The notes beneath the pieces are model-generated. The model did no database searches and was not told where the DNA came from. It worked only from the letters and a program-made list of their open reading frames with translations. A stretch of 64,000 nucleotides of DNA from Paraspadella gotoi (Eukaryota > Animalia > Chaetognatha). How positions within the stretch are numbered: the stretch's first letter is position 1; each line of letters begins with the position of its first letter. The position numbers and the translations under genes were made by a program. Below, in pieces: positions 23,868-35,379 of the stretch. Location: contig CM119269.1 of assembly GCA_051294375.1 (NCBI GenBank), positions 11,080,883 to 11,144,882 on the forward strand, read 5' to 3'.

Positions 23868-24581
23868 AGGGCAAAGGTCGGGGAGCAATTCATCTATGCT
23901 TTCGTCAATGCGATGACAGAGTTCGGAATCCGAAGACAAGCAGTCTTAGAGCTCGTCCACATATTTCTTCTCGGAGAACCAAGTACGACTCATCTACAGA
24001 GGGAGGAAAGCGAGAGAGCGTGAGAGCGAGAGAGAAACCCAAACACAGGGCAATAACGTCTTGTTAGCTCAATTAGCTTTTCCTCATTTGTTTTTCTCTC
24101 CAGCGACCTCTTGGGGAGAATTGAAACGGTTTTCCATCTTGGAGTCGGACTTAACATCGTCCACGTCGTCGTCGTCGTCGTCGTCGGAATATGAAAGACT
24201 CTTTCCGGTCTTTGATCTTTGCGCCGTCGCTGCCCACGAGACTCCGTTGACGAGTGCGTTGAAGCAAAAATCGGGCATCGTTAAAGGCGAGTCTCTCTCT
24301 CCCTCTCTCCCTTCCTCCCGAAACCATTTTTCCCTTTTTATCTCTATCACAAACCACTCCTCTCTCTCCTCCCCTCTGCCCCCCTGTCCATTTTTATATT
24401 TCTGCCTCCACACTCTTTCATCTTCAAAACGTCTCTCCCTGTCTCTACAGATTCTTCCCGGTCTTTCAAACAAACACTTTCCTATTTCTCAGGTTTCCTC
24501 AAAAGGTTTCTCGATCTTTTCGAACAGTACACGAAATTGAAGCTGAAGATGAAGCATCACCAAACTGTTGGCTGGGATTGA
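14831..24581 (+). CDS. NOXRED1: NADP-dependent oxidoreductase domain protein 1 (P5CR-like), about 12 exons
   Basis: Exons at ~14831-14967, 15270-15339, 15941-16059 (LPTLEFASALKDQDPIFTKLRARSHALTFAACAN), 21076-21142 (AFFVGV), 21341-21449 (Rossmann VSVIGCGRLGRQ), 21644-21742 (ISSRRPEIL..LGIQCFFDN), 22351-22513 (ILFVCVPP..VSLVAAVPISKLRLLL) and later exons to TGA 24579-24581. Motif order matches NOXRED1 as I recall it. The first two exons and the last acceptor are less certain. Confidence 0.8.
15000..15063 (-). mobile_element. Short 3' fragment of the twister-SINE
   Basis: Near-identical reverse complement of 23099-23162. Confidence 0.8.
15397..15498 (-). mobile_element. 5'-truncated twister-SINE copy (3' half of the ribozyme + tail)
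   Basis: Minus strand GC GC CAGTGAC aggaggc GTCACTG AGGG TCGGAAGC CCCC ... GGCTGTTGCCATA. Confidence 0.75.
15700..15858 (-). mobile_element. SINE-like element: tRNA-like head followed directly by a twister ribozyme
   Basis: Minus-strand head ...CAGCAGCCGGAGG...GCCTCCCAA...CCGGGGTTCTAGCCCGG (T-arm/B-box-like) ends a few nt before twister copy B. Confidence 0.65.
15704..15779 (-). ncRNA. Twister ribozyme, type-P5 permutation (copy B)
   Basis: Minus strand: AGCAGUU aa GAGG GA CGGG gcgcu UAA CCC GC CUGUAAC auggu GUUACAG CCUGA UCCGAAGC UCAGG GACUGCU. P5, P3 and P4 pair; T1 pseudoknot UCCG/CGGG; T2 GC/GC; GA and UAA core present. P2 has one unpaired base. Confidence 0.8.
16266..19756 (-). CDS. 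Intronless secreted protein: signal peptide + 23 EGF-like repeats + C-terminal vWA domain; broken into three ORFs by frameshifts; nested in a NOXRED1 intron
   Basis: Hydrophobic N-terminus MCFIYLLLLFIASASG; repeated C-x-x-NPC-x-NNGTC...C-x-C-x-x-GY-x-G-x-x-C units; vWA motifs LDVVFLIDGS, RIGLLTFA, TNTPAAL, KIVFVIT, ILSVGV. Frame breaks near 18450 and 17710. AATAAA on the minus strand at 16242-16247. Confidence 0.88.
20335..21000. mobile_element. hAT-type MITE
   Basis: TIRs TAGGGTTCCAATAACCGTTAA / TTAACGGTTATCGTAACCCTA and an exact 8-bp TSD ATCGTGCC (20327-20334 and 21001-21008). Confidence 0.88.
22138..22312. repeat. Compound (ATT)n-(CTT)n microsatellite
   Basis: Directly visible; source of the poly-Leu ORF artefact. 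Confidence 0.95.
22950..23162 (+). mobile_element. tRNA-derived SINE carrying twister copy A
   Basis: A-box-like TGGCTGAGCAGG (22962-22973), B-box GGTTCAATCC (23005-23014), twister, then a hairpin and the 3' tail ...CCCGTTGCCATA shared with copies at 15000, 15397 and 28467. Confidence 0.8.
23030..23109 (+). ncRNA. Twister ribozyme, type-P5 permutation (copy A)
   Basis: CUGGC uuaa AUGU GA CGG ugccggua UAA ACAU GC CAGUGAC aggaggcg GUCACUG AGGG UCCGCAGC CCCU ac GCCAG. P2 (AUGU/ACAU), P3, P4 and P5 pair perfectly; T1 CCG/CGG; T2 GC/GC. Predicted cut between U23056 and A23057. Confidence 0.82.
23413..23693. mobile_element. Tc1/mariner-type MITE
   Basis: Imperfect TIRs CTGTGCGTCTCAATGGTACTG / CAGTACCATTGGGACACACTG, each flanked by TA; AT-rich interior. 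Confidence 0.7.
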
Positions 24582-26608
24582 ATGGAATTTGGAGAAGGAA
24601 TTTTTCACGATTCAGATTTTGACCGATAGGGATTTTAAATTTTAGCCATTTACAATTAACGTTTTCGTATTTAAATAATTTTTGGTTTCGCAAAGGGTAA
24701 GTTTGTTTATTTTTCATGTAAACAATCTATCTTTGAATTTATTAAATTTGACAAAAACTTTTACACTTATTTCTGGAAATAATCCATAAATCGACTCGAA
24801 AAATTAGAGTCGAAACGTGTCCAAAAATAAAAACCCCTTTTTTGTATACAAATAAACTTTGTTTTCTCTTTAACTAAAACGCAACGAAAAGAAAGTCTTA
24901 ACACAACATAGATATATTTTATCGATATTTACATTTCTATAGTCACATTCTGCCGTGTCTCTTCAGTTTGACCAGTGGTTTGACCACGTAAACAATTCAT
25001 ACGTTCGATATCTGCGTTCACTGTTCAGGTTGAGAAAGGACATGACCCTCGTGGATGCCTTACAGTTGGATATAATTTTAACGGAACCGGTTCAGCCAGT
25101 TTTATCGTTGCCGGTGTTACGGTCGGCTAAAAAAGAAATAAAAAGAGAGAGAAAGAGCGAAAACATAAAAAAATTTATGTACTTCGGCTTCGAAACTAAT
25201 TGTCGAACAAGTTTCTTTGAAATAATCTTGTCGGTCGCAAACGCTCACTATCCTAGTAGCATTTCTTGTCTTCACTTTTGATCGTCGATGTCGTACCAGG
25301 CGACTTTTACCTGTAGTCGATTTCGGCTTTTTTGACAACCGTCGACGATAATGTCGTCGTCGTTTCATTCTCCATGTTGACATTAAAGCGGAAAGCAAAT
25401 TCAGATCCAGACTCCAGTCCGATGGCTCTTGTTTGCTCTCTTCCTCCACTAGCTTTTTTTTTTACTCTTCTATCTCCTTTTTTTTTCATTTCCTACTCTG
25501 TGCTATTATTCTCTTATTTCTTCTCCGTCTTTCTTTTCTCTCTTTTTATGTTCTTTCTTATTTTCCTTCCCTTTCTCTAGTTCTGCCGACTCTTTCAATC
25601 TTTTTCTCTGCCCCTTTTTTCACTCTCTCTCCGACTTCTTTTCAATGTCCCTTTCTAACTTCGATTCTTTTTCCGTCTTCGATGTCAATTTGTGACTCAA
25701 GTCTAAAACTGTTACTTGTTTTGCCGTTTCTATTTTGATTGATTTTAATCTTCTTTCCTTGGTGATATAATTTTTTTTTTCCGCTCTCGATTTAGTTTGA
25801 AGAAGGAAAGCGCCGACGTTCGATTAAATTCTTTTACGCTCGTAAACAAGAAGCGAAGACTAAAAAAAAAGGTAAGTATTTACTTTTAATACATAAAACC
25901 TGTGCCAAGCCGAGTCTCATTATTTAGTTCTTCCTTTTTTAAAAACTTCTCTTTCGGTATTGCCTTTCTGCTGTTTAGTAGCATTATTCCGAAGTTTATG
26001 GTTTTAGCCCTGTAATTTTGTTTAACAAAATATGTATATATAATTCAAAAAGTTTTCTTTTTCATATTATCAGTTAAATTTAATATTGGTTGTACCAATT
26101 TCCTATCATTTCATTAACGTACTAATTTATGCGTTTCTTTTTTTAAAAACTTTTTACTCCTTTTTTTTTCAAAAATTTACTTTTCTTGATTAAAATCTTA
26201 AGTTGTTAGTTTCCTTATCGGGTCGTCAAGACAACAACTTTGCAGCGACAGCGAAGCCGTAGATAAAAGTCCCTTTAATCTTTTTCTTAGCTTTTTTTAC
26301 CCTTGAGGAAAGAATCTGACAGAAAAATATTTTTCCTATCGCTTGGGAAATGTCCACCGTTATCCATTCCATATTCATAGGTTTTTACGAGAATTATGTT
26401 GGGGAAAATCTTTGAGGTCGAGCTCTTTACCGGTTTCCAATTATATTTTCATCCATCTTCGCTGAGTAGGAGCGATCCCCATTCGCATTTACGGCTAGAA
26501 AAAAAAAAATCTCTTAATTAGATTCTTCCTCGATTGGTTTTTTCACGACTTCTCATCGTCCACAGACGTCAACGACCTTTTCATTCCACTTAATCTCCTA
26601 AAGACAAA

Positions 26609-27865
26609 ATGGCGGCTGCGAAATCGAGCCTGGAGGAAGTCTTCAACTCTTTCGCCAATCAGGGTTCGAGAGAAAATGACCGGCAAACTTTGACACATAA
26701 CTTTTACTCGATCCCTCATTCCGGTCGGCGAAAGTGAAATTTAGCAAACGTATATTTATTTGCAGCGCGATCGGCGAAAGGCGAGGCCTTGGAAATTGAT
26801 AACACGAAGTTTAGCAAACTCTGCAGAGATTGCAAACTGTTGAACAAAGGTTGCACAGCGACGGACGTGGATATCGTTTTCGCTAAATACTGCGAAAAGA
26901 CCAAGTATTTTTTTTTTATTTTAAGCTAAGTCTATACACAATTATTTTAAGCTGTAAATATGTACATAATACCTAGATGAAGCGCAAAAAAAGAGGTGTG
27001 AAAAAATTGTCAAAAATAGTAGGCTATTGAATTTGTGTTGGCAGAGTTGGTCTACTATTTTACGTCTTTTGTTGTGTAAAGTGTATGCAACCTTTCTTTA
27101 CAAAATATTACATTAATTATAGGAGATACGTGGGTTTTTCCGTCTTTTGCAAGATGATTGACGAATTGGCCCTAAAGCATTTTAAAGGATTATCAGACGA
27201 CGAAGCGAGAGTAAGCGATCAAACACTTTGGCTTGTGTGTTAATGATGCGTTAGCTATGAGTTCGTGTAAAGTAAAAAGAAATTAGATATTCCTTAACAA
27301 GCTCGTGTTTCGAAGATAATTGCACTTATTTATCCTAGGAAAAATTTCGAGAATTGATTGCGTCTGGCGGCGGTCCCAGAAAGGATGGGACCACGGTGAG
27401 CGAAAGAGAACATGACTCTCATTGAGAGTGAGAAAAGTGAGAGATAAAAACTAATTTTAGTCTTGGATTTTTTTACAGAGAACTGCAAAGGACGATGTTA
27501 CTTCAAGGCTGACGGATACCTCCAAGTATACAGGTTAGCAAATTTATTTGTTTAAACATTGTTAAATTACTTACGATCGTTACATTAATTTTTTTTAAAG
27601 TCAATTATATCTTTTTCAGGAAGTCATAAGGAACGCTTCGATGAGAGTGGAAAAGGAAAGGGACTCGAAGGTAAGGTTTTCGACCAAGGCCCTTTTTTTT
27701 TCGGGCCGAAAAAGACCCTGAATTTCGCACTTTGAATATGAGATGAAGGTTTCGTGGATTTTATTCTCAATCCATTCATTTCATTTAGGAAGGGCCGACG
27801 TCGAGAGGGCCGACGGCTACGTTGGCGGCTACAAACAAAAGGGAACCTACGACGATACCCATTGA
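26609..27865 (+). CDS. TPPP: Tubulin polymerization-promoting protein (p25-alpha family), 7 coding exons
   Basis: Spliced translation [90 protein letters not shown], with GT-AG introns. Confidence 0.95.
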
Positions 27866-28466
27866 AGTTTTTTTTTTTTTTTTGCTTTAAATTCAATCAT
27901 TTTTTATTTGTCTTTGTCCTGTGGTACACGGAACATACGCAACATACGCACATATTTTAAACATTAATTTGTTTTCATTATCGCACTTATATATATCCTT
28001 TAACACAATTCCCTTCTTTCCATGTTTGATGACATATAAAATACTATATTTAAAAATCAAAATAATTTTTTAATCTATTTCATAGTGAAAAGACTTTGGT
28101 TTCGTTGCGTTTAAAATTAAAAGAAAAACAAAATTTATTTTTGTTTACAAACAACGAAATTTATTTTGAAACGATAAAAATTCGACTCTTTTTTAAAATA
28201 AAACTCGTTGTTTGTAAACAAAAATAAACTTAATTTATTTTTTCCAATTGCTTCAACACAAAGAAAAAAGTCGAGAAAGAAATGCTATTTATGGCAGAAC
28301 CGAAATGTTCCTTATGGTCCTATTTTGTTATGGGCGGGGGGACTCGGCAGACCGCCGTGAATTCTTAACATTTTTGTAGATTCCTTGAAGATATTTTAAA
28401 GAATAAATTAGTTACAGAACATACGTTCGAATAAAGACACGCAAAATACCAATAAAACGAAACGAC

Positions 28467-28732
28467 TATGGCAACAGCCGGGTTGGGGTATCTCACTGTT
28501 GGCTTTTGGGGACTTCCGACCCTCAGTGACGCTCCAGTCAGTGGCGCGGTTACCCTACGACGGTCTCGCTTTGCCAACGCAGAGGGAAGTCGTTAGGACT
28601 GTGAATGGAACACAACGCCTGGGATTGACTAAACGATGATGGACGTGAGGCGGTATGAATATACCGCCACAGGATCCCCGGGCCATCACTCAGGTTCTCC
28701 AGGTCTGAGAGGTGTCTGACAAGACTGCTACC
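28467..28732 (-). mobile_element. SINE-like copy carrying twister copy C
   Basis: Same 3' tail (..GGCTGTTGCCATA) as the other copies; a GC-rich 5' extension of ~150 nt without a clear B box. Confidence 0.6.
28499..28577 (-). ncRNA. Twister ribozyme, type-P5 permutation (copy C, partly decayed)
   Basis: Minus strand: UUGGC aaa GCGA GA CCG ucguaggg UAA CCGC GC CACUGAC uggagc GUCACUG AGGG UCGGAAGU CCCC aaaa GCCAA. T1 is CGG/CCG here, compensatory relative to copies A and B. Confidence 0.72.
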
Positions 28733-29607
28733 ATAGGGGTAGGCGCACTCAATGGGGTGAGTAAAAAAATTAGAGCGAGTTCATGCTCAAACGAGAATTT
28801 TTACTTTTTAAGTATACTTTCAATCGTAAAAAGTTGTCTACAAAAAGAATTCTTTTTTAAATATTTTCATGATAAGTGAGTCAAAAATAAGAAAAACCGT
28901 AAAAAATCGTCATTATCATCTTTCGATGATTTTATCAGTTTTTTTATATTTTCATTGTGATTATACCGCCACACTAACTTGTTTTTACTTAACTATGTAT
29001 TATAAATAAAGTTGGTCGTCTTCGCCGTCGTTTTTGTCTTTTGAGTCACTACGGCTTCACAATTTGTCAACGTCAACAGGAGTCGTCTGTAGTTTAGAGA
29101 ATCGTTCGTTCAAAATATGGTTGTAGGAAAGGAAAAAAAAGGAGCGACTAACATCTGCTTTCATAAATTTCATTCTAAGTCGACAAGTGTTGGAGAAAAA
29201 AAAAACAAACTCTAGATTCTCAATGAATTAATCTTGATATAAAAAAAAATTAACAGAAAATAGAAAACTTGTAAACGAAGAGACTTGACGTCGGTCTGTT
29301 GTGCTGGAACAATTGACAATGAGGGGGATAGAGAGTGAGATGTAGAAATGCGAATATTTCGATCGTTGCGGAATTATGTATAACCAAAAAAAAATTCGCA
29401 TGAATGAAAATTAAGTAAAACTTTAATGCCATTAAAAAAAACGTGATTCCGTCTTCGCCTCGGTACAATCTTTTCTTCCCATAGGAATTACGTCTTTCCC
29501 CCCCCCCTTCTTTTCTCGAAGCGTCAAACGAAAAAGTATGCGTCTCTGGGCGTACCCGCTTTTGACTTTCGAACTTATCGTTCACGTATTTTTTGCGCCT
29601 TCTTCTT

Positions 29608-31628
29608 TCATGTAACCGTAACTTGCTTTTTTCCCTCTTCGTCCGTTACATTTTGCTTCGCGCAAAGTGACGTCGTCACTGTCGTCGTCGTCGTCGTCTC
29701 TTCTGCCTCGTTTCTGTTTTTACCGCGTCCGCAACAACAAGATTCTTGTCCCGAGCGCCAAGACCAATCGCCCAATCTCGTCAATTTCTTCGTCTTGGCC
29801 CAATTGCCCTTCCACGTCACCAGCCTGACTAATCTGTCCCTGTACTGCGGTGAAAGAACGAACAAAACGACGAACAAAAGACAACAGTTGAAGTTCGTGA
29901 GGAAAATGGCGGCGCGACGATAGACGTCGAAGACGGGCGACCTCTTCACGACGCCGCTGTGACGCATCAATGACGCGAGGAAATACGGAAGTGACGTCAC
30001 GAGAAACGCCGTCACCACGCTGGCGCAAATCAGCGTCACTTGTCTTTCTGTAGACTTGGCCCAAGAGCGTCGTTCTGGGGCCGTGGTGGCAGAGGCGCCG
30101 GGCGTCGCGAGGACGTCGTCAATACGGCGCCGATTGCCTCTGTCGCCGGGAGAGACGACGGCGTCGCGGGCGGCGCCGCCGGCGACGCTGCTCTTCGCCC
30201 GGAAGGAAGCTTCTTTTCGGATGCAGAGGATTATGCGGATGTTGAAGCAGAAGAGGAGGAGGAGGGGAACGAAGAAGCGCGCCGAATAGGTGAAGGCTAA
30301 TTTGTACGCCCACACGTAGACCGGGTGACGCCGCAGCGCCGTCTTTTGCGTTCCCCAATACGTGACGTTGACGACGACGCCGGCCGAGTCGCGGAGGCAC
30401 GCCGGCATCGGCGCCGCCTCGAACGCGTGCTCGAAAAAACGCGGCACGTTGGCGGCGACGGCGAAGACGATGAGCACCCCGACGACCCCGACCACGTGGC
30501 GGGGAGAGGCGTGGCCGGCGCGGTGACGTAACGGGCGCGAAACGGCGCGCCATCTCTCGAAGCAAAAAGTGGTGAGCACCCACGTGTTCGCCAATTCGTT
30601 CACTTCGCGGAGAAAGTCCTACGCGGAGGGGAGAGGGGTGGAAAAGGGAAGGGCTAAAAGTTAAAAACTCGGAAAAAGAGAAATGAAGTTAATTGGAAAT
30701 GAGAGAAACGAAGTTAATTAGGACAAGAGAGTGACGCGGGGGCGAGAAGAATCAAATAAAACTTCGTTGTTCGTCAAATTCATCAAATTATGAATAACCA
30801 AATTATAAGGATAACTTTGCATAATTTTATGTAAATCTTCCCCCCATAATCCTCGTCACCTCAATCCCCTTTCGCCCACTCATTACTCCTCATTACTCCT
30901 CATTACTCCTCATAACTCATTACTCCTCATCAACGGCGCAGGAATTTTGGAGAGGAGAAACAAGATTTTCTAAAATTCACTTTTCGCTAATGTTATAAAT
31001 TTATAATACGAACTTACGAGGGCAGCATAAACTCACTTAAATTCAAAAAGAGGAAAGACAGAGCGCTCGGGAGATATCTTTCTCCAACACTGACCTGGTA
31101 GATGTGCAGTTCTTTGTGTTGCAACTTCAACGCTATGGAAACGAAAGTAAGATTAAACTCCCACGTGGCCACGAGAAGCCAGATCGTCGAAGTCGTCGTC
31201 AAAGTGATGAGGTAAACAAACGTCGGCGATCGTCGTCGTTCTGATTCAAAAAAATTGAAAACATATGGAGGACGACGATTTCGCACATTTATTATGAAAA
31301 TAATTTTTAAAAATTTTAAGAAGTTTTTGAAATAATTTACGCACTCTCTATTGAGAGAATTAAATTATCTTTCTTTCTGTTTTAAAACTTCTGAGTTAGT
31401 GAGTTTTAAATATCAACAAATATAATCGAATTTAAATTAATTTCGTAGATATCTTTCAGATTATCTTGCGCTTAAAAAAAAAACAACAGAAAACAAACCT
31501 TTTATTAAAACCAGCAGCGCCATCAAGTTTCCGACAATTCCGACGACATTGACGCCAGTTCCGAAAAATCCAAAAAAAATGGCGTCGAAAGACGAAAAAT
31601 CCACATGGAATTCGCAATCGATCGCCAT
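29608..31628 (-). CDS. Rhodopsin-family peptide GPCR (FMRFamide/sex-peptide-receptor-like), 3 exons
   Basis: Exon 1 TM1 GVNVVGIVGNLMALLVL; exon 2 RSPTFVYLITL; exon 3 TWVLTTFCFERWRAVSRP, NVPRFFE, FFVPLLLLFCFN, FLVTSLP, NCCLLFVVLFVLSPQYR. Confidence 0.88.
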
Positions 31629-34600
31629 TTTATGAACTTGTCATCTTTTTCGCGTTAGATTCGAATTTTTTGCCGGAAAGAAATTTTATTATTATTTGTA
31701 GCAAATCATCCGATTATTTCTTTCTTACTTGCTAAAATGTTCTGACCAAAGTAACAAATGCTCTCATTTGGTCGCATATTGTTTTATTTTAGGTTAAAGT
31801 TCGGTGTTAATCCTTTCTTTTCGATGTGTTTGAGAATTAAAAAACAAAAAAGGGAATAAAGTTCAAAATATATAGAATAAAGGATCCACTCATTAAAACA
31901 GGAAGACCATCATTCACCCTGCGGGTCGTGAATAAAAAATGGAGGCAAGGTTTTCGGTCATTACCTCACTGGTAAGGAGACCATTTTTCATGTGTGACGC
32001 ATGCGAAGGCTTATTGTTTGTTTCGATTTTTAGATGAAGAGAAACTATTCTTCAATGGAACTGATAAGGTGGCGAGTTGACAACACAATTTTTTGTTTAA
32101 ATAATTTTGTCGTCAGAGGACTGAAGTTTTTGTATTTTTCTTTTCGCTAAATTTTTTTCAAAAGTTATGATTGAAATAGTTTTTAAAAACTTTTATTTCT
32201 AAACGTGTATCGTAAGGGTAGTCTTTTTTTTTTCTCCCGATGTAAAATTTTGTACAGCCGAGAAATTCAATCTGTTGTTTTCCAATTTAATTAAACTCGT
32301 TTTTGAAAAAAAAAAAGGTCGTGTAAAGTTAATTACGAAAATTTTTCGTAAAGTAATTTACTAGGTGAAATTTATTTTGAAATAGACCGCAGGCCCGGTC
32401 GAATTTGTCGAATTCACTGTTTTGTTAACACCCACGTCAAATCTGATCATAACTATTTCCCCTGTTTCGAGTCCTTTTTGCTCCGGGTATTTTTTTTTTT
32501 TCGTTAAATTTAGGAATCGGATCGAAAAATTAAGGAAAAAATAAATTTAAAGAAGCTCAAAAAAATTCGGTACTGTGAGTTTTCCTGTGAATTTTGGGCA
32601 GAGTGAGTCACGGGACTGTTTAGTGTTAAAGGGGGAAGGCGATCGATTGACGATAGAGGTTTGGTCCGCCGATGCTTCCCCCCGGAGTCCAGCGTCTCGT
32701 GGCGATCGGCCGAGCGATAAGAAAGGGTTCGGTCTGGTCAGAGAGAGGGAGAGAGGGAGAGAGAGAGAGAGAGAGACAGACTTATTAGGGGTAATAGATA
32801 GGTATTTGGGGTTAAAGATGAAAGTTGCAACGGAAATAAAATGACAAAAATTCGGTGAAAATCTTCCGTTTTAGTTACGTAGATAATTATAAACGAAATA
32901 CATATAAAGTAGTTTTAAAAATTATCTTCCAGTTCATAGCAACGATTAACTTATATGACGATAGATAATGCATAAAATAATGTTGAAACATTTTATTTTA
33001 AAATTATACGCTAGATTTTTTTAATCATTTGATAACTTGATAAATACAATATTAAGATTTAAAAAATATTTTATTACCGTCAACTAAAAAGAAAAATTCG
33101 ATAAAGCAATTCTTTGAAATATATTCTTTTATGCGATCGCTCGAGTTAAAAATAGTCCTGATATGACGATAGGTTCGTGCAGAAGCTCAATCATCGGTCC
33201 AGGCTCTAACGACGGCTACTATCCGGCCATGCGAATCTCAAGGAGCAAGAAAAAACCAGTTTAGGTTTTAGGATTCTCATCATAAACAATTTTGAGCATC
33301 CAGTTTTTATTTAAAGACGAAAATACCAAATTCTCTTTTGAAAATAATTGAAAAAATTTGGTGGATCTTCAAGTAATAATCAAATTTAATTATTTAACTT
33401 AAAATTATAATACTCTTAGGACTAAGGGGTGGAAGATTTTTATCCGACATTTTTTTTACGTATTAAATTTAGCGTGCCTAAGTAATAAACTATTATCCTA
33501 CTATTTTTAATATGTATTCTTTAGGTCATTAACTACGTCAGTATCATGATTATAAAGTTATAAACTACTGTGTCCCGCATTATGGTACCAGTGACCCAAT
33601 CAATTTGTTTTTTTAAATTGAATTAAAGCTAAAAAAAACGGAATATTGAATTTTATCTCGGGTCCGTTTGCAGAAATTCCCGACGAAGACTTTTTAGTTG
33701 AATCAAGAATCAAGACGAGGCCGGCCTTGAAAGAGTGTTCCTTCCAAGATTTTCGCTTTTCCTTTTCTGGTTTTTCCAATTTTCCAAACCGCTAGCCAGG
33801 TCGTGTCACATATTTCACGACGAGTTTCTATTGTTCGCAAACGAATCTAGTTTTGCCTTTTGTTTCGAAACGAGTTTCGCCTTTTAAAATTGAAGACGTT
33901 CGAACGGAGGCATTAACTCAGACTCTTTCGGAAATGTAATTACATGCTTTAAGGCCGAACGTTGTTCCTAAAAATAACCTTGAACCAAAATGAAGAAAAT
34001 TTAAAGAAATCTAGAATACATGACTTACGAATAAAACAGTTCTTTTTACTTCTTCTCACTAATTCGCCTTTTACCTTTTGCCTTTTACCTTTTTTGGGCC
34101 AACATTGACCTGCATGTAAGGGACGCTGTTTCTTTTTTTTTTTACCTATGGTTGAAAATGAGCGCTAAATCTTATCGAGTCAGAAGGTTTAACAAATTTA
34201 TACTCCTCACTCAGACTTGAGGAGAGGCACGATGATTGTGATTAAAAAAAAAACAATTTTCAGTAAAACACCAATGCATGGAGGCAGAAGTTTGAGCACT
34301 GGAACAAGGCAGAAAGTCGGTAAAAGAAAACTTAAAACTAAAATTTATGGAGAGCTATAGTTGTTTTGGCTCTGTAGCGAGGCCCTGTGATATTTTCCGT
34401 CATCCACCCTACTCAGCTCTTATAGTGGGGGGTGGGGCGGCCAGGTGGCCAGTGGAGGGGCCCGCCAATTCTCTCGCCGCCCGGGAGATTCAGTATTTAT
34501 TTTTAGTATATTGTAGCAAATTAAAATTAAAATCTTAGCCAACTAAAAATGAAACTATCAAAGAACAAGACTTTGAAAGAATTTTACGAGTATTTTTTTT

Positions 34601-34680
34601 TTTAAATTGTATCCTACAATAACACTATCTACAATGAAAATTAGTGATGGTTCTTTTTTCTTTTTCTTTTTTTCTTTCAC

Positions 34681-35287
34681 GAAAAAGCGAGCGCGGCCAA
34701 ATTTGGATCGGAGAGCTTCGTCTCGTAATCGTTCAATCTGAATGTTTTAAACATGACAAAATTAAGCAACGGCAACGAATACGGGGGAATTATTTAGTTA
34801 AAATGTCTACCTGTTAACGATGCAGCTTTGGACGTTTTGTCTTCCGGACGCGCCCATCTCGTTGAAGCACTCGACGATGAACGAGCGGAAGATGATCGAG
34901 AGACCTTGAAGTGGAATCGCGAATTTCCTGAAACCGAATCTCAGAGATGAGCAGGAGTGTCGATGTCATCCCTAATTCTACATCTACAAAACGGAGCCAT
35001 CTTTCGTCCCCATTTTACAACCAAAAAATATTGAAACCTGTAGACGCGGATGAAAGCTTCTCCGACGGTCGAATGAAATTTGGCGCTGCAGTCTGTCCAT
35101 GTGACGCCGTCCCCGCAGGCCACGTCAAACCACGGCCGTAACCTGACCAGCCTGTTATATTGTGGGAGCCCGGAGGCCGATGTTCTTTTTTTAATTATTC
35201 AGTTTTGGTTTTTATTTTTTAACGTATCTCTGATTGCGGAGAGTTTCTTTTTGCTACTATTTGTTCCGATTTTCTTTTCTTTTATTT

Positions 35288-35379
<92 letters not shown>

